From Legionellales bacterium (GTDB lineage: Bacteria; Pseudomonadota; Gammaproteobacteria; UBA1113), in NCBI GenBank assembly GCA_013043985.1, contig JABEVJ010000324.1, forward strand, positions 1 to 32,443: DNA of 32,443 nucleotides, in the 5' to 3' direction. The notes below the pieces were generated by a model. That model ran no database searches and was not told the origin of the DNA. It was given only the letters and a program-made list of their open reading frames with translations. The translations under genes and the position numbers were made by a program. How positions within the stretch are numbered: position 1 is the first letter of the stretch; each line of letters begins with the position of its first letter. Shown here piece after piece: positions 19,614 to 29,363 of the stretch.

Positions 19614-22160
19614 ATGAGCCATTTACGCCGCATCCTCAGGATATTCGTCTGGTGTTTTATTGACATCGCCATCGTGGCAGCCATCGCTTTTGCGCTGGTT
19701 ATTGTCCATCTTGAAAGTGAATTACCGGATGTTTCTGTACTGAAAGATGTGCAGATGCAAGTGCCAATGCAGGTATATACTGCAGATGGCAAGTTGATCT
19801 CCGAATTTTCGGATAAGCGTCGTATCCCTGTTCCTTATGACCAAATCCCACCTCAATTGATTAATGCGGTACTTGCTACAGAAGATCAACGTTTTTTTGA
19901 ACATCAAGGCGTAGATTTCCTTGGCCTGGCGCGCGCGGGATTGCAACTCATCTTAACTGGAACAAAGTCCCAGGGCGGAAGTACCATCACAATGCAGGTG
20001 GCACGTAATTTTTTCCTTGACCCTAAGAAGAACTATACTCGCAAATTCAAAGAAATTTTGCTTGCGATGAAAATTGAACAAGAGTTTAGCAAGCAAAAAA
20101 TTCTCGATTTGTACTTAAATAAAATTTATTTTGGTAGTCGAGCTTATGGTGTGGCTGCGGCTGCGCAAGTTTACTATGGCAAAACACTGAATCAGCTTAC
20201 GTTACCTGAAATGGCGATGATTGCTGGGTTGCCAAAAGGGCCATCCATGCTCAATCCTATAACCAATCCATCTGCTGCAAAAGACAGACGGGATCATGTG
20301 TTACAGCGTATGCTGGAGCATGGATATATTACTCAGGCTGAATATAATGAATCGATCAATGCTCCCGTAGCAACGTATTACCATGTCTTGCCTATTGATA
20401 TGGATGCCCCTTATGTGGCTGAGATGGTGCGCAATGCGATGGTTAGCCAGTTTGGTGCGGAACATGCTTATACTGCTGGATTTAAAGTTTATACGACGGT
20501 AAACAGCGTTTACCAACATCAGGCTGATCAGGCATTGCGTTCTGCTTTATTAGCTTATGATCAACGTCATGGCTATAGAGGGCCAGTGAAACAGTTAGGC
20601 AATCCACCTGCTGATTTAAGTAGCTGGAAAGCTGCACTGAATAATCTGCCAGTGATTAATAGTTTGCAACCAGCGGTCATTCTGAGTGTTTATCCCATGT
20701 CTGCGACAGCAATGCTGGCAAATGGAAAAAACATTAGCTTAGCTTGGAATGGGCTTTCCTGGGCTCGACGGAAAATAGGGGATAAATCTCTCGGTGCTGT
20801 TCCCAAAACAGCCAGTAATGTGGTTCGGGTGGGCGATGTTGTTTACGTTGATCCTCAACAAGCAAATGGTGAATGGTGGTTATCACAAAAACCGCAGATT
20901 GAAGGTGCGCTGGTTGCGCTTAATCCAAATGATGGCGCAATTCTTGCCTTGGCGGGAGGTTTTGATTATGATCAAAGTAAATATAATCGTGTCACGCAAG
21001 CCAAGAGACAGCCTGGTTCAAGTTTTAAACCGTTTATTTATGCAGCAGCGTTGGCAAAAGGTTATACACTAGCAACCGTGATCAATGATGCTCCCATCGT
21101 GATTACTATGCCGGACGGGGTAGTGTGGCGTCCTCAAAATACAGACAAACGCTTTTACGGGCCAACCCGCTTGCGCGTGGCCTTAATAAAATCACGTAAC
21201 CTGGTTTCAATTCGGCTGTTACAGATGATTGGTATTTCGTATACAGTTCGCTATTTAAGTAATTTTGGTTTTGATCCTCATGGAATTCCGCATGCGCCGT
21301 CTTTGGCATTGGGTACAGCTTCACTGACACCGCTTGAAATGGCAACGGGTTATGCTGTTTTTGCCAATGGTGGTTATCGGGTTATGCCTTACTTTATTGA
21401 TCATATTCTGGATGCGAATGATCATGTGGTATACCAGGCTCAGCCCAAAATTGCCTGTGAAAGTTGTTTGCTTGCAAATGACCCTGCGCTGTGGAGCAGT
21501 CCTGATGTAGATACCTCAAAAGGGATGGGAGCAAATCCAATAAATGTTGCGCCTGAAACAATCAATCCTCAGGTAGCTTATATGATGACTTCAGCGATGA
21601 AGGATGTTGTACAGTTTGGTACAGCGTCTAAAGCACGAAGCATGGGGCGTCAGGACTTAGCCGGTAAAACAGGTACGACCAATGATACCAAGGATGCTTG
21701 GTTTGCTGGATTTAACAGTGATTTAGTCGCGGTTGCTTGGGTTGGTTATGATCAACCCCGTGCAACTTATGAATATGGTGCTCAAGCGGCGTTACCAATG
21801 TGGATGGATTTTATTCAGCAAGCCTTGCAAGGGCAGCCAGAACATACGATGCCTGAGCCATCAGGTTTGGTGACGGTGCGGATTGATCCAAATACGGGCA
21901 AATTAGCTGCACCGTGGCAAAAAGATACTACCTATGAAATTTTCAGGCAGGGTGATATCAATATGCGTCAAAACAACGATAATTGGGTTAATCCAGATGA
22001 AGAAACGAGAGATGAAGGTTTTACGTATCGGGATGAGTCGGGTTTATCCTCTTCATCTTCTCAGAATGATCCATCGAATGATGATTCTGGTTCTTCTTCC
22101 CCCCAATATGAACAAACTGACGAGCAAGGATCATCACAACCGGAATCAACGATATTTTAA
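19614..22160 (+). CDS. mrcA: Penicillin-binding protein 1A
   Basis: Transglycosylase motifs EDQRFFEHQG, GGSTITMQ and RK..E; transpeptidase motifs SSFK, SRN and KTG. Divergent from pilM, as is typical. Confidence 0.97.
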   Translation: MSHLRRILRIFVWCFIDIAIVAAIAFALVIVHLESELPDVSVLKDVQMQVPMQVYTADGKLISEFSDKRRIPVPYDQIPPQLINAVLATEDQRFFEHQGVDFLGLARAGLQLILTGTKSQGGSTITMQVARNFFLDPKKNYTRKFKEILLAMKIEQEFSKQKILDLYLNKIYFGSRAYGVAAAAQVYYGKTLNQLTLPEMAMIAGLPKGPSMLNPITNPSAAKDRRDHVLQRMLEHGYITQAEYNESINAPVATYYHVLPIDMDAPYVAEMVRNAMVSQFGAEHAYTAGFKVYTTVNSVYQHQADQALRSALLAYDQRHGYRGPVKQLGNPPADLSSWKAALNNLPVINSLQPAVILSVYPMSATAMLANGKNISLAWNGLSWARRKIGDKSLGAVPKTASNVVRVGDVVYVDPQQANGEWWLSQKPQIEGALVALNPNDGAILALAGGFDYDQSKYNRVTQAKRQPGSSFKPFIYAAALAKGYTLATVINDAPIVITMPDGVVWRPQNTDKRFYGPTRLRVALIKSRNLVSIRLLQMIGISYTVRYLSNFGFDPHGIPHAPSLALGTASLTPLEMATGYAVFANGGYRVMPYFIDHILDANDHVVYQAQPKIACESCLLANDPALWSSPDVDTSKGMGANPINVAPETINPQVAYMMTSAMKDVVQFGTASKARSMGRQDLAGKTGTTNDTKDAWFAGFNSDLVAVAWVGYDQPRATYEYGAQAALPMWMDFIQQALQGQPEHTMPEPSGLVTVRIDPNTGKLAAPWQKDTTYEIFRQGDINMRQNNDNWVNPDEETRDEGFTYRDESGLSSSSSQNDPSNDDSGSSSPQYEQTDEQGSSQPESTIF

Positions 22161-22179
22161 AAAAATGCGACTGTTTTAG

Positions 22180-22206
22180 CCCCTTCTCCTCGCTTGGGGA
22201 GAGGGG
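22180..22206. other. GC-rich hairpin between mrcA and ahcY (REP-like or terminator-like)
   Basis: ccccttctcc-tcgcttgg-ggagagggg with one bulged base and no U-tract on the plus strand. Confidence 0.4.
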
Positions 22207-22248
22207 TTGAGCAGCAACAAAAAACTAACAAAACAAGAGGAATAATTT

Positions 22249-23535
22249 ATGAATGATTATAAAGTAGCTGATTTATCATTGGCTGAATGGGGTCGCAAAG
22301 AGATTGCCATTGCCGAAACTGAAATGCCGGGCTTAATGAGTCTCAGAGAAAAATATGGTAATAGTAAACCGCTGCAAGGCGCGCGTATTGCTGGTTGCCT
22401 GCATATGACGATTCAAACGGCGGTACTCATTGAAACACTTGTTGAATTAGGTGCACAAGTTCGCTGGTCGTCTTGCAATATATTTTCAACTCAAGATCAT
22501 GCTGCTGCGGCGATTGCTAAAGCAGGGATTCCTGTTTTTGCCAGGAAAGGTGAGACAGAAAGTGAGTATTGGGATTATGTTCTACAAACTATTGTAGGGC
22601 CAGATGAGTGGCGGCCTAATATGGTGCTTGATGATGGCGGCGATTTAACGCTGGTGTTACACGATAAATATCCTGACATTATAGTACAGGTGCGAGGAAT
22701 TACGGAAGAAACCACGACCGGGGTGCGCCGCTTATATGACATGGCGAAAAATGGTACTTTGCAAGCTCCGGCAATCAATGTGAATGATGCAGTGACAAAA
22801 TCCAAGTTTGATAATTTGTATGGTTGTCGCGAATCTCTGGTTGACGGTATAAAACGTGCTACTGATGTGATGATTGCAGGCAAAATTGCCGTTGTTTTAG
22901 GTTATGGTGATGTGGGTAAAGGGTGTGCAGAATCCCTGGCTGGCATGGGTGCTCGTGTTATGATCACCGAGATTGATCCCATTTGTGCTCTTCAAGCTTT
23001 GATGGAAGGCTATGAAGTTGTCACGATGGAGGATGTAGCAGCCATCGGTGATATTTTTATTACCGCGACAGGTAATGATCGTGTGATCACGCTTGAACAT
23101 ATGAAAAAAATGAAAAATCAGGCGATTGTTGCCAATATTGGCCACTTTGATTCAGAAATCGAAATTGCTGAATTACGTGCATATCCCTGGGAAAATATTA
23201 AACCTCAGGTTGATCATGTGATTTTTCCTGATGGTAAACGTCTCATCGTTTTAGCTGAGGGACGACTGGTGAATTTGGGTTGCGCAACGGGTCATGCAAG
23301 TTTTGTGATGTCAATGTCATTTACTAATCAAGTATTGGCTCAGCTGGAGTTATGGCAAAATGGCGAAAGCTATGAAAAACAAGTGTACGTTTTGCCCAAA
23401 AAACTCGATGAAGAAGTCGCTCGCCTACATCTTGATAAGTTAGGCGCAAAATTGACAAAATTAACGCCTGAACAAGCTAAATCACTGGGTGTGGCGATAG
23501 AAGGGCCTTATAAACCGGATTATTATCGCTATTGA
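22249..23535 (+). CDS. ahcY: Adenosylhomocysteinase (SAH hydrolase), short form
   Basis: Motifs [43 protein letters not shown] and [10 protein letters not shown]. Confidence 0.98.
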   Translation: MNDYKVADLSLAEWGRKEIAIAETEMPGLMSLREKYGNSKPLQGARIAGCLHMTIQTAVLIETLVELGAQVRWSSCNIFSTQDHAAAAIAKAGIPVFARKGETESEYWDYVLQTIVGPDEWRPNMVLDDGGDLTLVLHDKYPDIIVQVRGITEETTTGVRRLYDMAKNGTLQAPAINVNDAVTKSKFDNLYGCRESLVDGIKRATDVMIAGKIAVVLGYGDVGKGCAESLAGMGARVMITEIDPICALQALMEGYEVVTMEDVAAIGDIFITATGNDRVITLEHMKKMKNQAIVANIGHFDSEIEIAELRAYPWENIKPQVDHVIFPDGKRLIVLAEGRLVNLGCATGHASFVMSMSFTNQVLAQLELWQNGESYEKQVYVLPKKLDEEVARLHLDKLGAKLTKLTPEQAKSLGVAIEGPYKPDYYRY

Positions 23536-23577
23536 TGAGTATCGTCACTGTCGTGAACTTAAAGATGACAGTAAATA

Positions 23578-23716
23578 TGGAAAAACGCTCGTCATTGCGA
23601 GGAGTTTACGACGAAGCAATCCAGAGCAATAGTCATAAAGGTCAAGATTGTTATTTTACGCTCCTTCTGCTGGATTGCTTCGTCGTAAACTCCTCGCAAT
23701 GACGAGCGTTTTTCCA
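23578..23716. repeat. CGTC-type REP/RPE-like palindromic element, copy 2
   Basis: Perfect 47-bp inverted repeat (23578-23624 / 23670-23716) around a 45-bp loop homologous to the loop of copy 1. Confidence 0.95.
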
Positions 23717-23744
23717 GTTTTTGTGATCTACAGAGCATTAAACT

Positions 23745-24479
23745 ATGCGTATTTCCAGAATTTATACTCCCTCGCCACTTAACGAGGGCTCTACCATTGC
23801 GCTGCACGATAATGCAGCGCATTATGTTAGCCGTGTTTTACGGCTGCCAGTTGGAGCTGTTTTGCGCCTTTTTAACGGTGAAGGAGGGGAGTTTACTGCT
23901 CAAATAGCAGCGATAAGCAAACGAGAGGTTAATGTATACATTGAACAATATCATGCGGTGGATATTGGCAGTGCGTTGTTTATTCATCTTGGTCAAGTGA
24001 TCTCCCGCGGTGAACGCATGGACATCACCATTCAAAAAGCCACTGAATTAGGCGTCAGTGCTATTACCCCCTTGTTGAGTGATTATTGTAATGTAAAATT
24101 AGAGCCGACTCGTCTTGAAAAAAAAATGCAACATTGGCAATCTATAATCATTAGTGCATGTGAGCAATCAGGGAGAACACAGCTTCCTGTTCTTTATCCT
24201 CCGGTGCCACTCAATACCTGGCTCAGCTCAGTGGAGGCTCGTTGCAGATTAATACTTGAGCCAAGCGCAGAGGACTCATTAAAAAATATTGGGTATTGCA
24301 AAGAGATGGATTTTGCTCTATTAATTGGAGGTGAAGGTGGCTTAAGTGACGCTGAGTTAGCACTTGTTGCACGATATGAGTTTATCGGGATTAAATTAGG
24401 ATCACGAATTTTACGTACTGAAACAGCAGCGCTTGCGGCTATTTCAGCTTTACAAGTGCTTTTTGGTGATTTTTGCTAG
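23745..24479 (+). CDS. rsmE: 16S rRNA m3U1498 methyltransferase
   Basis: Motifs HY..RVLR, QKATELGV, ACEQSGR, IGGEGG and LGSRILRTETA. Confidence 0.97.
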   Translation: MRISRIYTPSPLNEGSTIALHDNAAHYVSRVLRLPVGAVLRLFNGEGGEFTAQIAAISKREVNVYIEQYHAVDIGSALFIHLGQVISRGERMDITIQKATELGVSAITPLLSDYCNVKLEPTRLEKKMQHWQSIIISACEQSGRTQLPVLYPPVPLNTWLSSVEARCRLILEPSAEDSLKNIGYCKEMDFALLIGGEGGLSDAELALVARYEFIGIKLGSRILRTETAALAAISALQVLFGDFC

Positions 24480-24497
24480 ATATCTGAAGGAACGACC

Positions 24498-25430
24498 ATG
24501 AAAAAATCAGTTTGTCTGGGTATCTGTTTGAGTATTTTACTGACTGCTTGTAGCTCAGGAGACAAAACTGACAAAAACAAGCAGGATTTTCGGCCAAATA
24601 GTAAAGTAGAGGTTATTCCCGCGGCACAGATGGCTCTTGCCCAACAAAAACAAGATTTTCCTGAGAGTAAAGCAAACCCTGCTTTTCAACAATACGCTGA
24701 GGCAACAAACACCACGGCTATGGTTCCAGTTGACCTTCCAGATGGGGATTCAGGCACTTCGTTGCCAGCAATGACTGAACCGAACGCGCCGATTCAGCCT
24801 GTATCGATTCCAACAACTTCATTTGTTCAACCAATTAGCCTGCCTTCTTCCGCTCCAGCTCCTGTTCCCGTTCCTGTTCCTGCACCAAACACCAACAGTA
24901 CGACGAATTCTTCTGTTGCAGATGGCAAAATGCAAAGTTCTGCCACGCAGAATACTCAAACTCCCATTCAAGCTCCCATTCAAGCTACAAGTCCAGTAAC
25001 AAACAATAATAGGACACCCACCAATGATCTGCCCGTTGGTTGGTCAACCAAGCAAAATCCATCACCGAGTCAAAACCCAGCACCTGCAACAACGGCAACT
25101 GCCCAAGTGACACAAACGAGTGCTCCTGTCCAGCCAGTCATCGAGCGTTATGAAGCTTTACGCCAGACTAAACCCTCTACCCCTAAGGTGGTAACTCAGC
25201 AAGCTCAGACTTCGGTGCAAGCTCCTTCATCAAGCGCATATGCAAATTTTGATAATGTTGCCACACCAGTTACTTTCACAAACTCGCCTTATAATATGCA
25301 ATTAAATTCATTTAATGGTTCGTCACAAGAATCCAGTGCTCCAGCTCCGACTCACCCAAGTAAAAATGCTACGGCTGAGTCGGCAACACCCGTTTCAATG
25401 CCAGCAAGTGCCTCTCCTAATGAGAATTAA
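24498..25430 (+). CDS. Hypothetical lipoprotein, Pro/Thr/Ser/Gln-rich and probably disordered
   Basis: MKK, hydrophobic core and lipobox LTAC (Cys18), with a GAAGGA RBS. The rest is low complexity (PAPVPVPVPAP, PIQAPIQA). Confidence 0.8.
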   Translation: MKKSVCLGICLSILLTACSSGDKTDKNKQDFRPNSKVEVIPAAQMALAQQKQDFPESKANPAFQQYAEATNTTAMVPVDLPDGDSGTSLPAMTEPNAPIQPVSIPTTSFVQPISLPSSAPAPVPVPVPAPNTNSTTNSSVADGKMQSSATQNTQTPIQAPIQATSPVTNNNRTPTNDLPVGWSTKQNPSPSQNPAPATTATAQVTQTSAPVQPVIERYEALRQTKPSTPKVVTQQAQTSVQAPSSSAYANFDNVATPVTFTNSPYNMQLNSFNGSSQESSAPAPTHPSKNATAESATPVSMPASASPNEN

Positions 25431-25457
25431 CCAATTAACTAACTAAAAGGAAAAAAC

Positions 25458-26906
25458 ATGTCTCATATTGCAGAAAATAATGAAAAACCTCAATTTGATC
25501 AAGAATTGGTTGATATTGTCAACTATGTGCTACATCATCCCATCAAGAGTGAAGAAGCTTTTGATACGGCGCGTTTATGCTTGATGGATACACTTGGATG
25601 TGGTTTGTTGGCTTTGCGCTATCCAGAATGTACTAAATTGTTAGGGCCTGTCGTGCCGGGAACCATTGTACCTCATGGTGCGAGAGTGCCAGGCACGCAA
25701 TTTGAGTTGGATCCTGTTTCTGCCGCTTTCAATATTGGAGCGATAGTCCGTTGGCTAGATTACAATGATACTTGGTTGGCAGCAGAGTGGGGTCATCCTT
25801 CTGATAACTTAGGTGGCATTTTGGCGGTTGCTGATTTTATGAGTCGGCAACGTGTCAGCGAAGGCAAAAAGCCGCTTACCATGCACGATGTATTGTTAGC
25901 CATGATAAAAGCACACGAAATCCAGGGTGTACTTGCTTTGGAAAATAGTTTTAATCGAGTTGGACTCGATCATGTCATTCTTGTCAAAATTGCTTCCACT
26001 GCAGTTGTGACGGCTATGTTGGGTGGCAATGAACAGCAATTACTTAATGCACTTTCGTTGGCCTGGGTTGACGGACAAAGCTTGCGTACTTATCGACACT
26101 CGCCTAATACCGGATCGCGCAAATCATGGGCTGCGGGTGATGCAACCAGTCGCGCTGTGAGGCTTGCTTCAATGGCAATGCGAGGTGAGATGGGTTACCC
26201 TAGTGCATTAACAGCCAAAACCTGGGGTTTTTATGATGTTAGCTTTAAAGGGCTGCACTTTAAGTTTCAACGTCCTTATGGTCATTACGTGATGGAAAAT
26301 GTGCTGTTTAAAATCTCGTATCCTGCAGAGTTTCATGCGCAAACCGCGGTTGAGTGTGCAATCAAGCTCCATCCAGAAATTAAACGTCATTTATTGGACG
26401 ATATTGAGCGAATTGATATCCTGACTCAAGAGTCAGCGGTTCGGATTATCAGTAAAGAAGGGCCTTTACACAATCCGGCTGATCGTGACCACTGTATTCA
26501 GTACATGGTGGCGATTGGTTTATTATATGGCGAATTAACAGCTGATCATTATGAAGACAAAATAGCCCGGGATCAACGGATTGATACATTGCGTACCAAA
26601 ATGCGCGTGAGCGAAAAGCCTGAGTTCAGCGTTGATTATCATGATCCTGAAAAACGTTCTATTGCCAATGCGATTCAAATCTTTTTCAAAGATGGTACTT
26701 CAACTGAGCAAGTAGTTGTTGAGTATCCAATTGGCCATCGTCGTCGCCGTGAAGAAGGCATTCCGGTGTTGGTTGAAAAATTCCATCGCAATCTTGAAAC
26801 ACGCTTTCCACGTCAACGGGCAGAAGCTATTCTTGCACTTTGTCAGGACAGCGATCGATTGTCTGCGCTACCAGTGAATGAGTTTATGGATTTGCTGGTG
26901 ATATAA
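25458..26906 (+). CDS. prpD: 2-methylcitrate dehydratase
   Basis: Motifs [38 protein letters not shown] and NPADRDHC. Confidence 0.97.
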   Translation: MSHIAENNEKPQFDQELVDIVNYVLHHPIKSEEAFDTARLCLMDTLGCGLLALRYPECTKLLGPVVPGTIVPHGARVPGTQFELDPVSAAFNIGAIVRWLDYNDTWLAAEWGHPSDNLGGILAVADFMSRQRVSEGKKPLTMHDVLLAMIKAHEIQGVLALENSFNRVGLDHVILVKIASTAVVTAMLGGNEQQLLNALSLAWVDGQSLRTYRHSPNTGSRKSWAAGDATSRAVRLASMAMRGEMGYPSALTAKTWGFYDVSFKGLHFKFQRPYGHYVMENVLFKISYPAEFHAQTAVECAIKLHPEIKRHLLDDIERIDILTQESAVRIISKEGPLHNPADRDHCIQYMVAIGLLYGELTADHYEDKIARDQRIDTLRTKMRVSEKPEFSVDYHDPEKRSIANAIQIFFKDGTSTEQVVVEYPIGHRRRREEGIPVLVEKFHRNLETRFPRQRAEAILALCQDSDRLSALPVNEFMDLLVI

Positions 26907-26923
26907 AGAAATTATCCAGCATA

Positions 26924-27016
26924 AGCCCGTATTAGCGGAAAAAAAGGCTTTTCATGTAAACAGACCCTAATACGGGGTAATGAAATTGTTTACCAACATT
27001 ACCCCCGTATTATGCT
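26924..27016. repeat. REP-like palindromic cluster (CCCGTATTA core x3), homologous to 5-115
   Basis: Cores in alternating orientation: cccgtattag (26926-26935), ctaatacggg (26967-26976) and cccgtatta (27004-27012). Confidence 0.65.
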
Positions 27017-27089
27017 AACAGCAATTTTTAGATTAAATATTATACTATACTTAAAAAAATAAAATTTTTGATAAAAAAAGGGGATAGAG

Positions 27090-28859
27090 ATGTTCTCAAG
27101 CGAGCGTCCAGATAATTTTGAGGATTCTATTGGTTTTGGCACGAACGGAATTAGTAACAAGCAAGTTTTCGAAATGGCGATTAACGAAGGCTATCGGCTG
27201 TTTGATTCAGCCGATCTGTATCAAAACGCGGCTCTCCTGTCCAATGCAATCCAACAATCTGGCATTCCCCGGTCGGAGTTTTTTATCAATTATAAAATTT
27301 TGCCAAATCTTGGAAAGGAGCAGTTTTTATTAAATACCAATGAAGCTATAGATAAGTTTGGTTATATCGATGTACTTATGCTGCATGATGTCGTTGTTGA
27401 GAATGAAGAGGATTTAATTGATATTTTGGAGTCACTTAGGCCTTTGTTAGATTCTGGAGCGATAAAAAATATAGGTCTGAGTAACGTCGATCAAGTAAGG
27501 CTGAAATCTCTTATAGAAAAATTTCCAGAAATCAAATTCATTCAAAACCAATTTAGCCATGTTTCTTCGGACAATCAGGTTCGAAATCTTTGTATGGAGC
27601 AAGGAATTCAATATATGGGTTATGGCATTTTTGGGGGAAGGGCAGAGGGTTCTTGCACTTACATCTTCAAGCATGATGAACCTGCATGGAACATATCTTC
27701 GCTAATTTATCCTGAACTACATAATCTAGCTAACAAATATAGAACGACACCTCATGCCATGCTTTTGACCTGGGCTATTTTACAGGACACGATACAAATT
27801 CCAAGTTCTGAAAGAAAAGAAAATATGCTTGCAAATCTGAACACAAAAAATATTGCCGAACAAATGTCAAAGGAAGATAAAGACAAATTACTCGCTGAAT
27901 TCAATCTGCAAGTACCCGCTGAAGAATGGATAAGGCTTCAAGAGCTTAAGGCGCAAGGTAATCGGTTAGCCAGACTGAAACTGTATGCTGGGAATGTGAT
28001 GTCACCGAGGCATCGTGTGAGGGAAAATGTGCTGTCGAGGCATCGCCTGTTGGAGATAGTTTATCGTGATGACAAGTTAAAGTCCTTTTATGATGTATTA
28101 TTTGATTACAGTGATCAATCTTATGACCCTAAAGAATACAGTCCAGAGATAATTGCTAAGTATGAAGAAGCTGATAGACAACTGTTCGTCAATATTTTCA
28201 CTCATTTTTTGGAGGAAGCGCTGAAAGTTAGTGAGACTGAATTTGTCAGTGTTATCTCTGATTTACAAGAAATATACAAGAACTGTACGACGGATGCTGA
28301 AAAGACCCTGCTGCTCGATCTTGTTCGTGGGCTCGGGACACAAACACCATTCAATAGCAGACGCGCGCAATTGCAGAAGTATATTAGCGAGCAGACTTTC
28401 TTGAAAGAAGAGGGCGCATTTCAAGTTGAAAAACTTGAATCTGCTGAATCGCTTGGACAAGAATGTATAACTATTGGGATTTTAGGTCCTAATAGGAAAA
28501 TATATATGCTGGATCAGGTTCCTACTAACATGAGCTTAAAGAAGGTGAGCGAGCTCTTAGTCGGAAAATTTCCAGACGATTTCAGAGATGTAGAGCCATC
28601 TTTTTATATCAGCTCTTCTGGTGAGACCATCGAAAAAGATGATTTATCAAGCAAAACTCTTTTAAATTTAAATATGGCTAGTGGGGAGTTTATTGAAATT
28701 GAAACCGCACTAAAAGGCGTGGGCAACAATCTGACTGGCTTTTTTCATCATGTAGACAGAGATCCAAAAGCATTTACTGCAACATACAACTCGCCTAAGT
28801 CCGAATCTCAATTAAAGCTAGAAAATAGGGATGATAAGCAGCATTTTAAAGGATTATAG
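27090..28859 (+). CDS. Aldo/keto reductase N-terminal domain fused to a helical region and a putative ubiquitin-like domain
   Basis: AKR motifs IGFGT, GYRLFDSADLY (Asp, Tyr), FINYK (Lys), LMLH (His), IGLSN and IPSS..ENM..N in the first ~270 aa. About 320 further residues follow. Confidence 0.8.
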   Translation: MFSSERPDNFEDSIGFGTNGISNKQVFEMAINEGYRLFDSADLYQNAALLSNAIQQSGIPRSEFFINYKILPNLGKEQFLLNTNEAIDKFGYIDVLMLHDVVVENEEDLIDILESLRPLLDSGAIKNIGLSNVDQVRLKSLIEKFPEIKFIQNQFSHVSSDNQVRNLCMEQGIQYMGYGIFGGRAEGSCTYIFKHDEPAWNISSLIYPELHNLANKYRTTPHAMLLTWAILQDTIQIPSSERKENMLANLNTKNIAEQMSKEDKDKLLAEFNLQVPAEEWIRLQELKAQGNRLARLKLYAGNVMSPRHRVRENVLSRHRLLEIVYRDDKLKSFYDVLFDYSDQSYDPKEYSPEIIAKYEEADRQLFVNIFTHFLEEALKVSETEFVSVISDLQEIYKNCTTDAEKTLLLDLVRGLGTQTPFNSRRAQLQKYISEQTFLKEEGAFQVEKLESAESLGQECITIGILGPNRKIYMLDQVPTNMSLKKVSELLVGKFPDDFRDVEPSFYISSSGETIEKDDLSSKTLLNLNMASGEFIEIETALKGVGNNLTGFFHHVDRDPKAFTATYNSPKSESQLKLENRDDKQHFKGL

Positions 28860-28914
28860 AACGAGAAGCTTTTTGTTCGAATATTGTGCACGAACCTCAA
28901 TGGGCGATAATCTG

Positions 28915-29010
28915 GTTAAGTATAGTTAACTTTAAGATTGTATAAGTAAAAATAGTAAGCTATAATTTACTGCATCTATATACAAATCAATTTAGTAAAG
29001 GATATTTGAC
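28915..29010. promoter_or_regulatory. Three 16-bp imperfect palindromic operators at exact 40-bp spacing
   Basis: GTTAAGTATAGTTAAC (28915), GTAAGCTATAATTTAC (28955) and GTAAAGGATATTTGAC (28995), upstream of the toxin stub and HTH gene. Confidence 0.6.
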
Positions 29011-29018
29011 TGTGGCTA

Positions 29019-29168
29019 ATGAGTAAAAATATTGAAACAGCCAAGCAACGGGTGATAGATGCGCCAATCAACGCGCCCGTTTTGAAGAGCAACCTGATAC
29101 AATTATTGGAAAAAAGATGGAACGGAACATTCGCCTTAATTGGCCAGACCTTGTTAAAGAAGCGGTAA
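29019..29168 (+). pseudogene. Probable C-terminal stub of a HipA-family toxin
   Basis: Hand translation MSKNIETAKQRVIDAPINAPVLKSNLIQLLEKRWNGTFALIGQTLLKKR (49 aa), overlapping the HTH gene by 52 nt. I recall the KRWNGTF..IG ending from HipA-like proteins that precede this HTH family; not verified. Confidence 0.5.
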
Positions 29169-29317
29169 ATCGACGGAAAGAACAACATCTGACACAAGAG
29201 CAGCTTGCTGTTTTAGCCAATGTCAGCAAACCAACATTAAACAATTTTGAGCGGGGAAAAACGACGATTACGCTGGATAGTGCGTTAAAAATTCTGCGGA
29301 CTTTGGGCTTGGAGTAA
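29117..29317 (+). CDS. XRE/HipB-like helix-turn-helix protein (orphan antitoxin or repressor)
   Basis: RRKEQHLTQEQLAVLANVSKPTLNNFERG..TITL....KIL..LGL is a canonical XRE HTH pattern. Confidence 0.85.
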   Translation: MERNIRLNWPDLVKEAVNRRKEQHLTQEQLAVLANVSKPTLNNFERGKTTITLDSALKILRTLGLE

Positions 29318-29363
29318 AATATACTCGTTATAAAATCCGAAAACCCATGTGCGTCGAGTATAT

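Noticed and set aside
22161-22248. SAH riboswitch upstream of ahcY
   Set aside because: The expected GAGGAGCG...CAGGCUC...CGCUC elements are not present; only a simple GC hairpin is.
25458-26906. prpD without prpB or prpC as a novel pathway
   Set aside because: The sequence is a canonical PrpD; split methylcitrate genes are common and the partners may lie elsewhere.
28915-29010. Regularly spaced 16-bp motifs as a mini CRISPR array
   Set aside because: The units are too short and too divergent, there are only three, and there are no cas genes. Operators explain them better.
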